Positions 38,707 through 52,321 are shown, counted from the stretch's first letter. The stretch is DNA of 64,000 bases from Eledone cirrhosa (GCA_964016885.1 OZ024740.1:253518001-253582000); one strand, 5' to 3'. Notes: generated from the sequence alone by a model not told the origin. Made by a program: numbers and translations.

Positions 38707-38755
<49 letters not shown>

Positions 38756-38815
38756 TATACATATATATATCAAAGGTATATATTGCGTTAGAAACTCAAA
38801 ATATATATATATATA

Positions 38816-39770
38816 ACTTCTATAGGAATAGTGGACAGCTTCCGTTACCTGGGTGATAAAATCAGCAGTGGGGGAGGGTGCTCTGAAAGTACAGAACGGG
38901 ATGGAAAAAGTTCAGAGAGCTTATACCACTATTGGCCGCTAAAGTGTTCTCTCTAAAAATGAAAGGCAGGCTGTATGATGCCTGCATACGAACAGCAATA
39001 TTACATGGCAGTGAGACCTGGGCATTGTGTGCAGAGGATATACGCAGACTGGAGAGAAATGAAGCTTGCATGCTCCGCTGGATGTGTAATAGTAATATAC
39101 GTGAACGGCAAAGCATAAACGAACTAAATAAGAGGGATCAGATGTTGTTTACTCGAGAGAAGACTACGTTGGTATGGTCACGTGATGCGTATGAAAGACG
39201 ACAGCTGTATAAAAAAGTGCAGGGCAATAAAAATAGACGGTAGCCACGGAGTAGGCAGACCCAGAAAAACCTGGGACGACTTGATAAATTCCGATCTCAC
39301 ACACTTACACCTCTCCAAGACAATGTCACTGGACCTAGAGCTTTGGCGCTACACAGTAATAGAGAAGACCCGCCTTACCTAAGTACAAAGTGAAACCTAC
39401 TACAGTCAGTAGGCACCTCTAACAAAATACATCCCCGTCCCACTACCCACACCCCATCCACACCAGCCCTTTCAATGTAAAGTTATGTTGGTGTCACAAC
39501 ATCCAGCCCGAAACAAATGAGGTCGTGTAGGTGTCACGACAAAAAAACACACAGTCCGCGCTGTAATGTGGCCGTGTAGGTAACACAGTAAAAACCTCCC
39601 AGTTCCACACTGTAAATGTGGTTGGTGTTAGGAAGGGCATCCAGCTGTAGAAAACCCGCCAGACAGTCCTATGAGAGCAAGACAACCACTTTTGCCTCAA
39701 GTGGGAAAACTCCCGTCCAAACCCATGCAAGCGTGGAATATGGACGTTAAACGATGATGATGATGATGAT
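38816..39770 (+). mobile_element. RTE family B, short 3' copy
   Basis: IVDSFRYLGD, GSETW, EKTRLT, 3' UTR, (GAT)n. Confidence 0.95.
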
Positions 39771-39836
39771 ATATATATATATATATACATATATATACAT
39801 ATATATATATCAAAGGTACATATTGAGTTAAAAACT

Positions 39837-39889
<53 letters not shown>

Positions 39890-39892
<3 letters not shown>

Positions 39893-42800
39893 TGAACGAC
39901 AGAATAATTAAAATAAGACTTGTCCTCAATAGAACTACGGTGACAGTAATATCTGCGTACGCACCCCAATCCGGACTGCCCAGCACTATAAAAGACAGAT
40001 TCTATGAGACACTGATGCTCGCTACCTCCCAAATAACCGACAGTGACTATGACGGAATCCATGGAGGCTATGGTTTCGGTAATAGAAATGAGGAAGGCTC
40101 CAGAATCCTGGAATTCTGTGACACAAATAACCTAACTATCTGTAACACTAACTTCAAATAACGAGACAATCACTTGATCACCTATAGATCGGGGAAACAC
40201 ACAAGCCAGGTAGATTATATCCTTACCAGAAGACGTGACAGAGTGTCTGTTGTAAACACTAAATCCCTCCTCCATGAAGAATGCACCTCCCAACCTAGAC
40301 TGATAATTAGCGACCTCATAGTCAGGACGAGACGTACTAGACAGCAGAAGAGGACTATCCTCAGGAGAAAAATATGGAAGCTAAAGGACCCCACAGCCAG
40401 AAATAAATTTCAAAGCATATTACTTGATGCTTTCGACAGTAAGAAAGAGCAATTAGAGTCGTATAATATAGAGGAACAGTGGGAATTCCTGAAAGCAAAC
40501 CTGCTGACGGCGGCAGACGAAGTCTGTGGCTGGAGCAGGCCTGTAGGTAGGAGGAGAGTAACATGGTGGTGGAACAGTAAGGTGGAGGAGTGAATTAAGG
40601 CCAAAAAGCAGGCTTGGAAAGGATGGCGGGATGGGGGAAGTAGAGAAAACTATCAAGTGGCCAGGAGGGAAGCTAGGAGACAAGTGTACTTCGCAAGAAG
40701 GGAAGCAGAGGAAAGAAAGTTCAAGCATGTTCTACAACGTGAGGACCAAAAACGTGAGGTGTTCGGGATTGCTAGGCAATGTCTCAAGGAAAACCGTGAT
40801 ATTGTCGGGAGAAGTGTGTACTTAATGATGATGGCGTACTTGCCATCACTGTTGCTGATAAGAAGATAGCTTGGAAGTGTCACTACGAAAGGCTTCTAAA
40901 TGAGGAGAATAAATGGGAGAAAGACAGTCTCCCCCACATCGACCCAATAGAGAGACCGGCAGTGTTAGTCGAAGGTAGTATAATAAGTAAGGCAATCAAA
41001 GATATGAAGACGGGTAAGGCGGCTGGGCCTTCGGAAATAGTTGCTGAGATGCTGAAAGCCTCTGGAACGGTGGGACACACCATGGTCACCCGGATAGTAA
41101 ACCAAGTCATACAGAATGGGGTTGTTCCGAAGGACTGGCGTAGCAGCATCATCATTAACTGTTACAAGGGTAAAGGAGATGCCCTAGATAGGAGTAACTA
41201 TAGAGGCATTAAATTAATCGACCAGGTCATGAAGGTCATGGAAAAAGTAATAGCGCAACTAATCAGAGAGAGAATTGATCTAGATGAAATGCAGTTCGGG
41301 TTTGTGTCAGGCAAAAGTACCACAGACGCTCTTTTCATTGTACGACAACTACAGGAGAAGTACCTAGCTAAAAGTAAACACTTATACTTAGCTTTTGTCG
41401 ACTTCGAGAAAGCCTTCGACAGAGTCCCCCATTCCATTATCTGGTGGGCTCTTAGAAAACTAGGTGTTGACGAATGGCTTGTGAGAGCTATACAAGCCAT
41501 GTATAAAGAAACAGTCAGCAAGGTTAGAATTAACAACGAATATAGTGAAGAGTTTAGTGTAAAAGTTGGTGTTCATCAGGGCTCTGTTCTTAGCCCCCTA
41601 CTATTTATTATTGCCCTTCAGGCTATAATAGTGGAGTTCAAGACCGGCTGCCCATGGGAACTCCTATATGCAGATGATTTAACGCTCATAGCTGAATCAA
41701 TGGCCGAGCTAGAGAAGAAATTCCAAAAGGCCTTAAAATTAACCTAGGAAAGAAAATAAGGCGCCGGTCCCTTCCGGGAAATGGCGATGCTCAGTGTGTA
41801 GGAAAGGCGTAGGTAGAAACTCCATTTTATGTCCCAAATGCAAAGTATGGGTGCATAAAAGATGTAGTGGTATCACAGGTAAGCTAACTAAGAACATAGA
41901 TTTTACATGTGGCTGGTGCTCTGGTGCAATAAGTAGCAGCAAGTGCCCACAGAATACTAGCTCTTTCAATTGCGCAGAGGGTTCTAGAGAAATAGTGGAC
42001 AGCTTCCGTTACCTGGGTGACAAAATCAGCAGTGGGGGAGGGTGCACTGAAAGTACAGTAGCTAGAGTCAGAACTGGGTGGAAAAAGTTCAGAGAGCTTA
42101 TACCACTATTAGCCGCTAAAGGGTTCTCCCTAAAAATGAAAGGCAGGTTGAATGATGCCTGCATACGAACAGCAATGTTGCATGGTAGTGAGACCTGGGC
42201 ATTGTGTGCAGAGGATATACGCAGACTAGAGAGGAACGAAGCTTACATGCTCCGCTGGATGTGTAATAGTAATATACATGAACGGCAAAGCATAAACGAA
42301 CTAAGGGAAAAATTAGAAATAAGAGGGATCAGATGTTGTTTACTCGAGAGAAGGCTACGTTGGTATGGTCACGTGATGCGCATGAAAGACGACAGATGTA
42401 TAAAAAAGTGCAGGGCAATAAAGAAAGACGGTAGCCACGGAGTAGGCAGACCCAGAAAAACCTGGGACGACCGGATAAATTCCGACCTCAGACACTTACA
42501 CCTCTCCAAGACAATGTCACTGGACCGAGATCTTTGGCGGTACTCAGTAATAGAGAAGACCCGCCTTGCCTAAATACAAAGTAAACCTACTACAGTCAGT
42601 AGGCATCTCTAACAAAATACGCCCCCGTCACACCACCCCCACCCCATCCACACCGCCCCTTTTAATGTAAAGTTACGTTGGTGCCACAACATCCAGGCCG
42701 AAACAAATGAGATCGTGTAGGTGTCACGACAAAAAAACACACAGTCCACGCTGTAATGTGGCCGTGTAGGCAACACGGTAAAAACCTCCCAGTCCCACAC

Positions 42801-42966
42801 TGTAAATGTGGTTGGTGTTAGGAAGGGCATCCAGCTGTAGAAAACCCGCCAGACAGTCCTATGCGAGCAAGACAACCACTCTTGCCTCAAGTGGGAGAAC
42901 TCCCATCCAAACCCATGCAAGCGTGGAACATGGACGTTAAACAATGATGATGATGATGATGATGAT
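39890..42966 (+). mobile_element. RTE family B, long copy truncated within the endonuclease, with stops/frameshifts
   Basis: ISAYAPQ, VDYIL, TWWWN, NYRGIKL, QFGF, DFEKAFD, YADD, PHD insert, (GAT)n. Confidence 0.95.
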
Positions 42967-43021
42967 ATACATATATATACATATATATATATATCAAAGG
43001 TACATATTGAGTTAGAAACTC

Positions 43022-43052
<31 letters not shown>

Positions 43053-43606
43053 ATAAAGTTTTCATGAAATAGTCTTTTAAGACTATACAGAGCATTTGAT
43101 CTTATTCCAAATTGAAGGATAAGTGTTTCAAACTTTATTTTATCATGAGTTAAAGGTCTATAGATTTTTCCCTGGATTTTACTAAATTCTGTGGATGAAT
43201 TTATATCCTGATTCTCTTTTGAGATGAGTTTGAGTTATTTTTCCTAAATCTTTCGTTAACTACTTTTCCCATCTTGACGTTATAGTCGCATATATGTTAT
43301 AGAATGCTATTAGCTTCTTGCTAAAACAATCTCTATACCTCTCATTTATATATATATACATATATACATATATATAAATACATATATATACAAATATATG
43401 CATATATATATATATCAAAGGTACATATTGAGTTAGAAACTCAAAATATATATACATATACATATATATATATATACATATATACATATATATATACATA
43501 TACATATATACATATACATATATATGTATATATATATGTATATATATATATGTATATATGTATATATATGTATATATATATGTATATATATATGTATATA
43601 TATATG

Positions 43607-43637
<31 letters not shown>

Positions 43638-43721
43638 GTATATATATATATGTATATATATATGTATATGTATATATGTATATACATATATATATATACA
43701 TATATATATATATACATATAT

Positions 43722-46650
43722 ACAAATGAAGAAGGAAGCACCACACCGAAGATGAACTTCCCAACCTCGCTACCATAAGAAGGAACAAAAACCCAAGAAA
43801 TCATCTCCTCCAGAATGACATTTACAACTTTCCCCCTTCAAGGAGACACACTACCAAATCACTCAACTACTACGCGGATGCCTCATCGTCAAACATAGGG
43901 AAAAGATACCACTGCCATGATAGATGTAACAACTTCCCCGCTTCAAGGGGACAGCAAGGTAATTACCATTTTCTCAACTCTCGCTTCCACAATACACAAC
44001 AAACCCACACCACACGATACAACCAACAACGTAGGCCACTTATAACACCACAATACAACATGGCACATAGAAACACACACACATACTCGCAGTACAGGAA
44101 CACCCCATTCAATCTACAACCACCAACCCGAACCACATTTTACAACAACAAGGAATATAACAAACACAGGAGACCACTTAACATCAGCAGACAACCCCTC
44201 TACCCCAACCATTTTTTAGACACAGCACACAGATACAGGCAAACAAAATAACACAAGACAGGGAGGAGAAACCGATAGTAATAAAAATTATCAATCTTAC
44301 TAGTGCAGAACCAACACCCAACCTTATCAACTTACTCTCCAAAGGTCTTAAATTCACACCGACCCCCACTACGTCCTAACTACTATGAAATGAAGGAAGA
44401 CATCACAGACTTCTGTAGAAAGTTACGACTTAGTGAACAACTATTCGACCAGTACAGTGAGGATGAATCATTAGCCAGAAATAGAAGCAATTACACCCCA
44501 TCAAAAGGTAGAAATAAAATCTTGGACGAATTCTGTGAACACATCACAAACTTCCCTTACCAACACTTGCACAGACAAAAACACAAGCCAAACCTCAACA
44601 AGAAAGAATGGGAAGAATTAAATAGATTAAAAACCGACAGAACCATTACAATTAAAGAGGCTGATAAAGGGAGTACAGTAGTCCTAATGGAGACAGAATT
44701 CTATATCAACTTAGCGCTCTTCACTTTGGAAAACGAAACATACTACGAAAAGGCTGAACACTACAATCAACAGAAAATTATGAGAAACCTAAAAACTCTA
44801 ATCAACCAATACAAAGAAGGACTCACTAACAAGGAATTCAGCTTCATCATAGACTTCACAAGTAAATCCAGCCTCTTCTACGGTATCCCTAAAGTACATA
44901 AAAGCGAATCAATAAGTAAGGCATGCAGGGAAGCCACTGACATAGTCATCAATGTCCCCTCACCCAATGATCTCAAATTAAGACCTATAATAGCAGGCCC
45001 CGCTTGCGAAACCCACCGCCTTAGCAACTTCATTGATACCCTTCTCAAACGCTTCCTCAAACACATCAAAAGCTATATAAGGGACGACCTAGATATGCTC
45101 AATCACCTCCCTAATATGCCACTTTCTGAACAAACCCTACTAGTGACGTTCGATGTAGTCAACTTATACTCCAACATCCCCCACAACCTAGGAATAGAAG
45201 CTATCCAATTCTGGCTGGATAATTTCCACAATGAACTCCCACAACGCATCAAAAAAGAATTTGTGATAGAGGGACTCAAATTTATCTTGGAGAACAATTA
45301 CTTCGTTTTCAATAACAAACCCTACAGGCAGAAATCTGGGACCGCTATGGGAACGAAAACAGCCCCCACTTATGCCAACCTAGTCATGGGATACCTGGAA
45401 ATCACCCTCTACACTAAAGTCCTAAACAAATTTGGAAACACCCTCCACTTACACATTGAAAGGAACTGGAAGTGATATCTAGATGACTGCTTCATCCTTT
45501 GGCACGAAAACATCGAAAAACTTAAAGAATTTCACACCCTTATAAATGGGCTCAACACGAATATTAACTTCACGATGGAATACAGCCATCAACAACTCCC
45601 CTTCCTCGACATCCTCATTAAGATCCATAACAAAAAAATAGAAACAGACATATACTACAAGCCCACAGACTCCAAGCAATATCTTCCTTTCAACTCTTGC
45701 CACCCTAGACACGTTAAAATTAATATTCCCTACAACTTAGCCAAGAGAATCTGTACTATAGTCTCCAATAAAAACACCTGTTACTTACGGCTACAAGAAC
45801 TAAGGGACACACTCATAGGCATGGACTACCCTGCATCACTAATTGACAATGGAATCCAACGTGCCCTAAAACTCAGTACCCAGGACCTTAGACACCCTAA
45901 AGTAAATCAACCGAAACTAAAAGCTCTTCCATACATCTCCACACACAACCCTCTCAACAATGAGGCCTTTGACACCATCCTCCAGAACATCCCTGTGTTG
46001 AAAAAGGACCATAGAATGAACCAAATTCTACGAACACACGATATCATAAAGAGCAAAAGACAATCCAAGTCAATGAAAAACATCCTAACACATGCCAAAG
46101 TACTGCCAACCACAACAACGAAACCCACAGTAAAAAAATGCGATAGACCCAACTGTGGCATTTGCATCAACCTAATAGAGGGTTCGGAATTCTATTTCAA
46201 AGATGGACAACGTTTTATAGTAAAACACAATTTCACATGTGCATCGGAAAATCTAATATATGTATTAACTTGCTCAGGGCTGTCGAGAACAATACATAGG
46301 CCAGACCAAAAACAGCCTCCGCCAACGCATGACTGTCCATAGATCCCAAATTAAAATACGGGAATACAGGAAAATACCACTGAGTGAACACATTGATACC
46401 TGTGCCGCCCAAAATCATCCCAACTTCAGAATCTTTCCCCTCTACAAATTTAAAGATAATGCCACCCACACCCAGTGCATCAGCAAGGAATCTTACTTCG
46501 TTAACAAATACGGACCCCGTCTAAACACTTCTCCCTAAGACGAACCCACAACATACACACGTTAACATACATACCTACATCAGCACACATCTCCACCCAC
46601 ATATAAACACAATGACATACGTAAACACACATGCTCTATGGTGCAACACA
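43722..46650 (+). mobile_element. Neptune-type PLE, near-complete RT + GIY-YIG ORF, inactivated
   Basis: IKEADKG, FYGIPKVHK, LRPII, FDVVNLYSNI, GTAMGT, WK*YLDD (TGA at 45473-45475), FLDI, CDRPNCGIC zinc knuckle, NLIYVLTC then frameshifted YIGQT; stop at 46538. Confidence 0.95.
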
Positions 46651-46668
46651 GAAAAATATATGTGTATA

Positions 46669-46720
<52 letters not shown>

Positions 46721-47229
46721 ATATATGTATGTGTATATATATGTAGTGAATATCATTTCACACCTTTTATTGTTAAGATTTTTGATGTTCTATTAAGAGA
46801 ACCGATTTTACTGAAAAAAATCGAATAATGTACACCATTTTACCAGGGGGAAAAAAATACTGGTCCACCCACACACACACACACAGACACACATATATAC
46901 ACACACACATACACACGCGTACATTAACATACAAAGAGACTTATACACACACACACACACACACGCACTTCTCTGTATAAGACAAAAGCTGAAAAATATC
47001 TTTTGACATGCTAAAATACCCCCCATTGCTTTCAGACACATTCTTACTGACCATCCCTGCTACCACGAATTACTCTGCTATATACACACACACACACACA
47101 CTTATCTTAATAGCCATTTGACACACATCCCTGCTAACCATTATCACAACATCGAACACCTTACTACTACTACACACACACACACACACGCGCACACACA
47201 TATTTGTTGTGAAAGAGTCATTTCTCAAT

Positions 47230-47475
47230 TTTGGCGCAAAACCAATTTTTTATTCACATGACCTCTACCGACCAATCAAAATTGTTTTGACCACAAGAAT
47301 TTTTGCAAACACCAAATAGCGCTGGAGCCACTTTTTTAACATAAAAACAGTCTTGGCGCAAAATCAATTTTTTACATTCACATGACCTCTACCGACCAAT
47401 CGAAATTGTTTTGACCACAAGAATTTTTGCAACACCAAAGTAACGCTGGAGCCACTTTTTTAACATAAAAACAGG
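47230..47475. repeat. ~122-bp tandem duplication
   Basis: ttggcgcaaaa...catgacctctaccgaccaatc...gctggagccactttttaacataaaaacag occurs twice. Confidence 0.85.
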
Positions 47476-47732
47476 TAGAATTCCCAAAACTAATCAGATC
47501 AGAGCAAACAAAACGGACACTCTATCTCAAAATTATTTTTGAAAAGCATTTAGAAATGCGCAACCGGTAAAAACTTAAAAACTTAAAACCACAACTGAAT
47601 ACTAACCCATACAATCACTAATACTCTTTTATTCCTAATTAAACCATTTTTCAACTGTGAACAATTTGTCAGCATTTCCTATTCCGTTTACCAATATATA
47701 ATAACTTGTGTTACACCTCTATTCTTTTAACT

Positions 47733-48070
47733 ACATATATACATATATATATATACATATACATATATACATATATATATAGATATAAATACATATATAT
47801 ATATACACACACATATATATATACATATACACACACACATATATATATATATATAAACATATATATACACATATATATATATATATACATATATATATAC
47901 ACACACATATATATATATGCATATATACATATATATATACATATTTATACATATATATATACATATATATATATATATACATATATACATATATATATAT
48001 ACATACATATATACATACATATATATATACATATATATATATACATATATACATACATATATATATATAC

Positions 48071-48121
<51 letters not shown>

Positions 48122-48162
48122 CATATATATACATATATATATATATATATACATATATATAC

Positions 48163-48211
<49 letters not shown>

Positions 48212-48824
48212 CATATATATATACACATATATATATACATATATATATACACATATATATATACATATATATATACACATATATATACACATATATATAT
48301 ACATATATATATATACATATATATATATACATATATATATATACATATAAATACATATATATATACACATATATATATACATATATATATACACATATAT
48401 ATATACATATATATATACACATATATATACACATATATATATACATATATATATATACATATATATATATACATATATATATATACATATATATACCCAT
48501 ATATATATACATATATATATACACATATATATACATATATATATACACATATATATATACATATATATATATACATATATATATACACATATATATATAC
48601 ATATATATATATATACATATATATATACACATATATATATATACATATATACATATATATATACATATATATATACACATATATATATACATATATACAC
48701 ATATATATATACATATATACACATATATATATACATATATATATACAATCTTTATATATATATGTATATATATATGTATATACATATATATATATATTAA
48801 TATATATATATATATATATATATA
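47733..48824. repeat. ~1.1-kb (TA)n/(TACA)n compound microsatellite
   Basis: Simple repeat; source of the YI-repeat ORFs. Confidence 0.97.
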
Positions 48825-50400
48825 TCATCATCATCATCATCATCATCACCGTTTTACGTCCGTTCTTCCACGCTAGCATGGGTTAGACGGGTTGTCCTGT
48901 TGTGGGCAGTGTCTGGTCGGCTGACCATGCCTTGCTCATACAGGAACTGATCTGGCTTGATTTCTACAGCTGGATGCCCTTCCTAACACCAACCTCATTT
49001 ACAGTGAGTGCTGGGTGCTTTTTCGTGGCGCCTACACGTCCACTTTACAGTGTGGGCCGGGTGCTTTTTTGCCGTGGCGCCTCCACGGCCACCTTGCGGT
49101 GGAGGGGGGGGGGGGGGGGCATATTGTTTATATGCTTCAGCATGTACCCATGGGAGGTCGGGTACCCTGTATTACTGCGTGACGCCAGAAGTCACGGTCG
49201 TGTGTCATTGACTTTGAGAGGTGTAGTTGGGTAAGGTCGGCTTTTATCACCTCATCCCAAGTCATCTTGGGTCTCCCCACTCCGCGGTTTCCATCAACTT
49301 CTAGTGCTCTGCACCTTTTTATGCAGCTGTCATCCTTCATACGCATCACATGTCCATACAAGCGTAACCGCCTCTCCTGCACGCAGCATTTGATTCCTCT
49401 TATGCTCAGTCTCTCTCTCAATTCCTTTATGCTTTGTCGTTCACGTATATTACTGTTACACATCCATCGGAGCATGCAGGCTTCGTTTCTCTCTAATCTA
49501 CGTAAGTCTTCCACCTTCAGCGCCCAGGTCTCACTACCATGCAACATCGCTGTTCGGATATACGCATCATACAGTCTGCCTTTCATTCTGAGGGAGAAGC
49601 CTTTTGCAGCTAGCAGTGGTAGTAGTTCCCTAAACTTCTTCCATCCCGTTCTTACCCTAGTTATTGTACTTTCTGAGCACCCACCTCCGTTGCTAATTCG
49701 GTCACCTAGGTAGCAGAAGCTGTCTACTGTTTCTACAGGGCCCTCCCAGAGATTGGTGGTACTTGTTTCCTGTGGCTGTTTGCTTGCTGTTTCAGCACAG
49801 CTGCTGCATGTGAATCCTACATTCTTAATTAAGCTTCCTGAGATCCCGCTACATCTCTTGTGTACCCATTGTTTGCATTTGGGGCAGAGAATGGAGTTTC
49901 TACCTACACCTTTCCTACATACTGAGCAAGGCCATTTCCCTGAGGGGATCTGGGTTCTGTTTTCTCGTCTACTTACAAGGACCTTAGTCTTTGTCATGTT
50001 GACTTTGAGGCCCTTTCTCTCTAGTCCCTGCTTCCAGGTTTGGAATTTATTCTCTAGTTCTACCATAGATTCAGCTATGGGTGCGAGGTCATCAGCATAC
50101 AGGAGTTCCCATGGGCATCCGGTCTTAAACTCCTCCGTTATTGCCTGCAGGACTATGATGAACAGGAGAGGGCTAAGAACAGAGCCCTGGTGGACCCCAA
50201 CCTGTACGCTAAATTCCTCGCTATACTCATTGCCAATCCTAACTTTGCTGACTGCTCCCCTATACATGGCTTCTACCGCTTTCACAAGCCATTCATCTAC
50301 TCCTAGTTTTCTAAGAGCCCACCAGATTACTGCACGTGGAACTCTGTCAAAGGCTTTCTCAAGGTCGACAAATGCCAAGTAGAGTGGCTTACTTTTAGCT
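48825..50400 (-). mobile_element. RTE family C, 5'-truncated; 413-aa RT-PHD-C-terminal frame is open
   Basis: ORF 49137-50378: DLEKAFD, GVHQG, YADD, CSVC..CPKC..H..C..CSSC, FCYLG; (GAT)n tail in (TA)n. Confidence 0.95.
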
Positions 50401-50432
50401 TATAAGGGCTTTATTTAGCAATAAGGGCTTTA

Positions 50433-50555
50433 TTCACATTGCTGACAATTGTTTCTTTGATCTGGTAGGTCTAGAGTTCGCTACCCGCCTGATTTTGCGT
50501 CAATCGATCTCCAATACTTTGTTTATAACCAGTCGTTTTCATCAGAGCATGTGAA
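50433..50555 (-). ncRNA. Hammerhead with intact core and 83-nt stem II domain
   Basis: ttcacatgct-CTGATGA-[83 nt, gactggt/accagatc]-GAAA-caattg-TC-agcaatgtgaa. Confidence 0.8.
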
Positions 50556-50625
50556 AGTGAAGAAGATACACGAGGCATGGCTTTTATATAGGAATGGTAT
50601 TAAACCAGAACAATAATATCAATAA

Positions 50626-50810
50626 TTGTTTCTACTTTAGGCACAAGGCCAGCAATTACCAGTGCATTACTGGTACTTTATTTTATCGACCCCGTAAGGA
50701 TGAAAGGCAAAGTCAACCTCGGCGGGATTTGAACTCAGATGGTAAAGGGACGTAACTACGCTGGAAAGCATGGCGTCCGACCCTCTATCGATACTGCCAA
50801 TCCACCGCCC
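50626..50810 (-). mobile_element. Nin/Deu-domain tRNA-SINE with 13-bp TSD
   Basis: Near-identical to 37977-38160; TSD ataatatcaataa at 50613-50625 and 50814-50826; empty site retained in the inverted arm (~52245-52272). Confidence 0.92.
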
Positions 50811-52321
50811 TTTATAATATCAATAACATAAAATAACTAGATAGTAAATAGTTAAAATAATAACATCAATATAAGTAAGAAATAGAGTATAATAATGAAT
50901 CTAGCATGTTAAACGAACTGATATAATACAGATGTATGAAATTGACATGTGAAAACTGCTATAGGGTACATAAGATATAGTGTTAAGGTGGCGAAGAGAT
51001 AATAGTAACAACTAAAATGTACTTGGAGTCAGGATTTATGAGGTATCTGCTTTGCTGTTGGTATGCTGACAATAAACCGGAGATTTACTTATTGTTTGAC
51101 AGATAAACATTTTCGTTGTATTAATTTAGTGAGAATGATAGTTTTTATGTGGTGTTAAGTGGAGTTGTAGATTCGTTATTTAAGTGGCCTATACTAAAGG
51201 TAGGGATTGTTAGTTCGAATCATGGGGGCTTAGTTTTCACAGCATCAATAACAAATCCTGTATAAATAAGACAATAATAACAATAATAGAGACAATAAAG
51301 GTAATAAAATAGTAAAATATGCATGGTAGTTATAGAGAACATGATGAATAATATTAGGGATACATTGAGATATTCATAATAATAATAAGAGGAAAGTAAG
51401 ATTTCAAGGAGTGTAGGAGTAATAAGATAATGTACTTAGAATTAAGTTCATTTGTTAGAGATCATGAGTGCTAATGTGAGATATAATTGATTGGTCCGAA
51501 GGAGTGAACAACAGCAAAGATGGGATTGATTTATGGGCTGATAAGATAGTTGTAGACATTACTGTCACATCCCAGTGGTATAGAATTAGGGAGGCTAGAA
51601 GGTGTTTATAGAAGATTATGGTTCTGTAGTGGGCTGTGTGAGAATGCGGATTTCATATGTTAAATGCTAAGTGATGTTGGATAAATCTCGCGAATTTTGT
51701 AGCAATCCTATGTCTGCAGAAAATTGACCTTTATATTTTGCTGTTGACGCAACAGCAAAATAGAAAGGTCAATTTTATCATTCCTTAAGATATGCAGCAA
51801 TTTGAGGTTGCAGAGCCCACAGTGGGACATACCGCTGCTATAGGCTCTTGCGGCCGCCAATTTCGACCAGCTAATATTGTAATCAAGATTTTTGTCCTTA
51901 AGGAACGATAAAATGCTACTTAACAGCAAAATAGAAAGGTCAATTTTCTGCAGACATAGGATTGCTACAAAATTCGCGAGATTTAAACCACCGTGATTCG
52001 AACCAACATCATACCTACAGCAAAGCAGATACCTCATAAATCCTGACGCCAAGTACATTTTAGTTGTTACTGTTATCTCTTCGCCACCTTAACATTATAT
52101 CTTATGTACCCTATAGCAGTTTTCACATGTCAATTTCATACATCTGTATTATAACAGTTCGTTTAACATGCTAGATTCATTATTATACTCTATTTCTTAC
52201 TTATATTGATGTTATTATTTTAACTATTTACTATCTAGTTATTTTATGTTATTATTGATATTATTGTTCTGGTTTAATACCATTCCTATATAAAAGCCAT
52301 GCCTCGTGTATCTTCTTCACT

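Noticed and set aside
43056-43345. Unique-looking segment as an ASS1 exon
   Set aside because: No IAPWR-type motif; it looks more like a decayed LINE 3' fragment between two TA-embedded motif copies
45473-45475. In-frame TGA in PLE ORFs (also W*TF at ~58717-58719) as selenocysteine, since some Naiad PLEs are selenoproteins
   Set aside because: Both TGAs fall at positions expected to be Arg or another basic residue (WKRYLDD, RWRxF), consistent with CGA>TGA decay. The zinc-finger cysteines I checked are normal Cys codons, and the ORFs also have frameshifts.
47706-48879. Long Tyr/Ile/Cys/Val-repeat ORFs (also 12140-13185, 14949-15789, 32816-33496, 43433-43804)
   Set aside because: Translations of (TA)n/(TG)n microsatellites that lack stop codons
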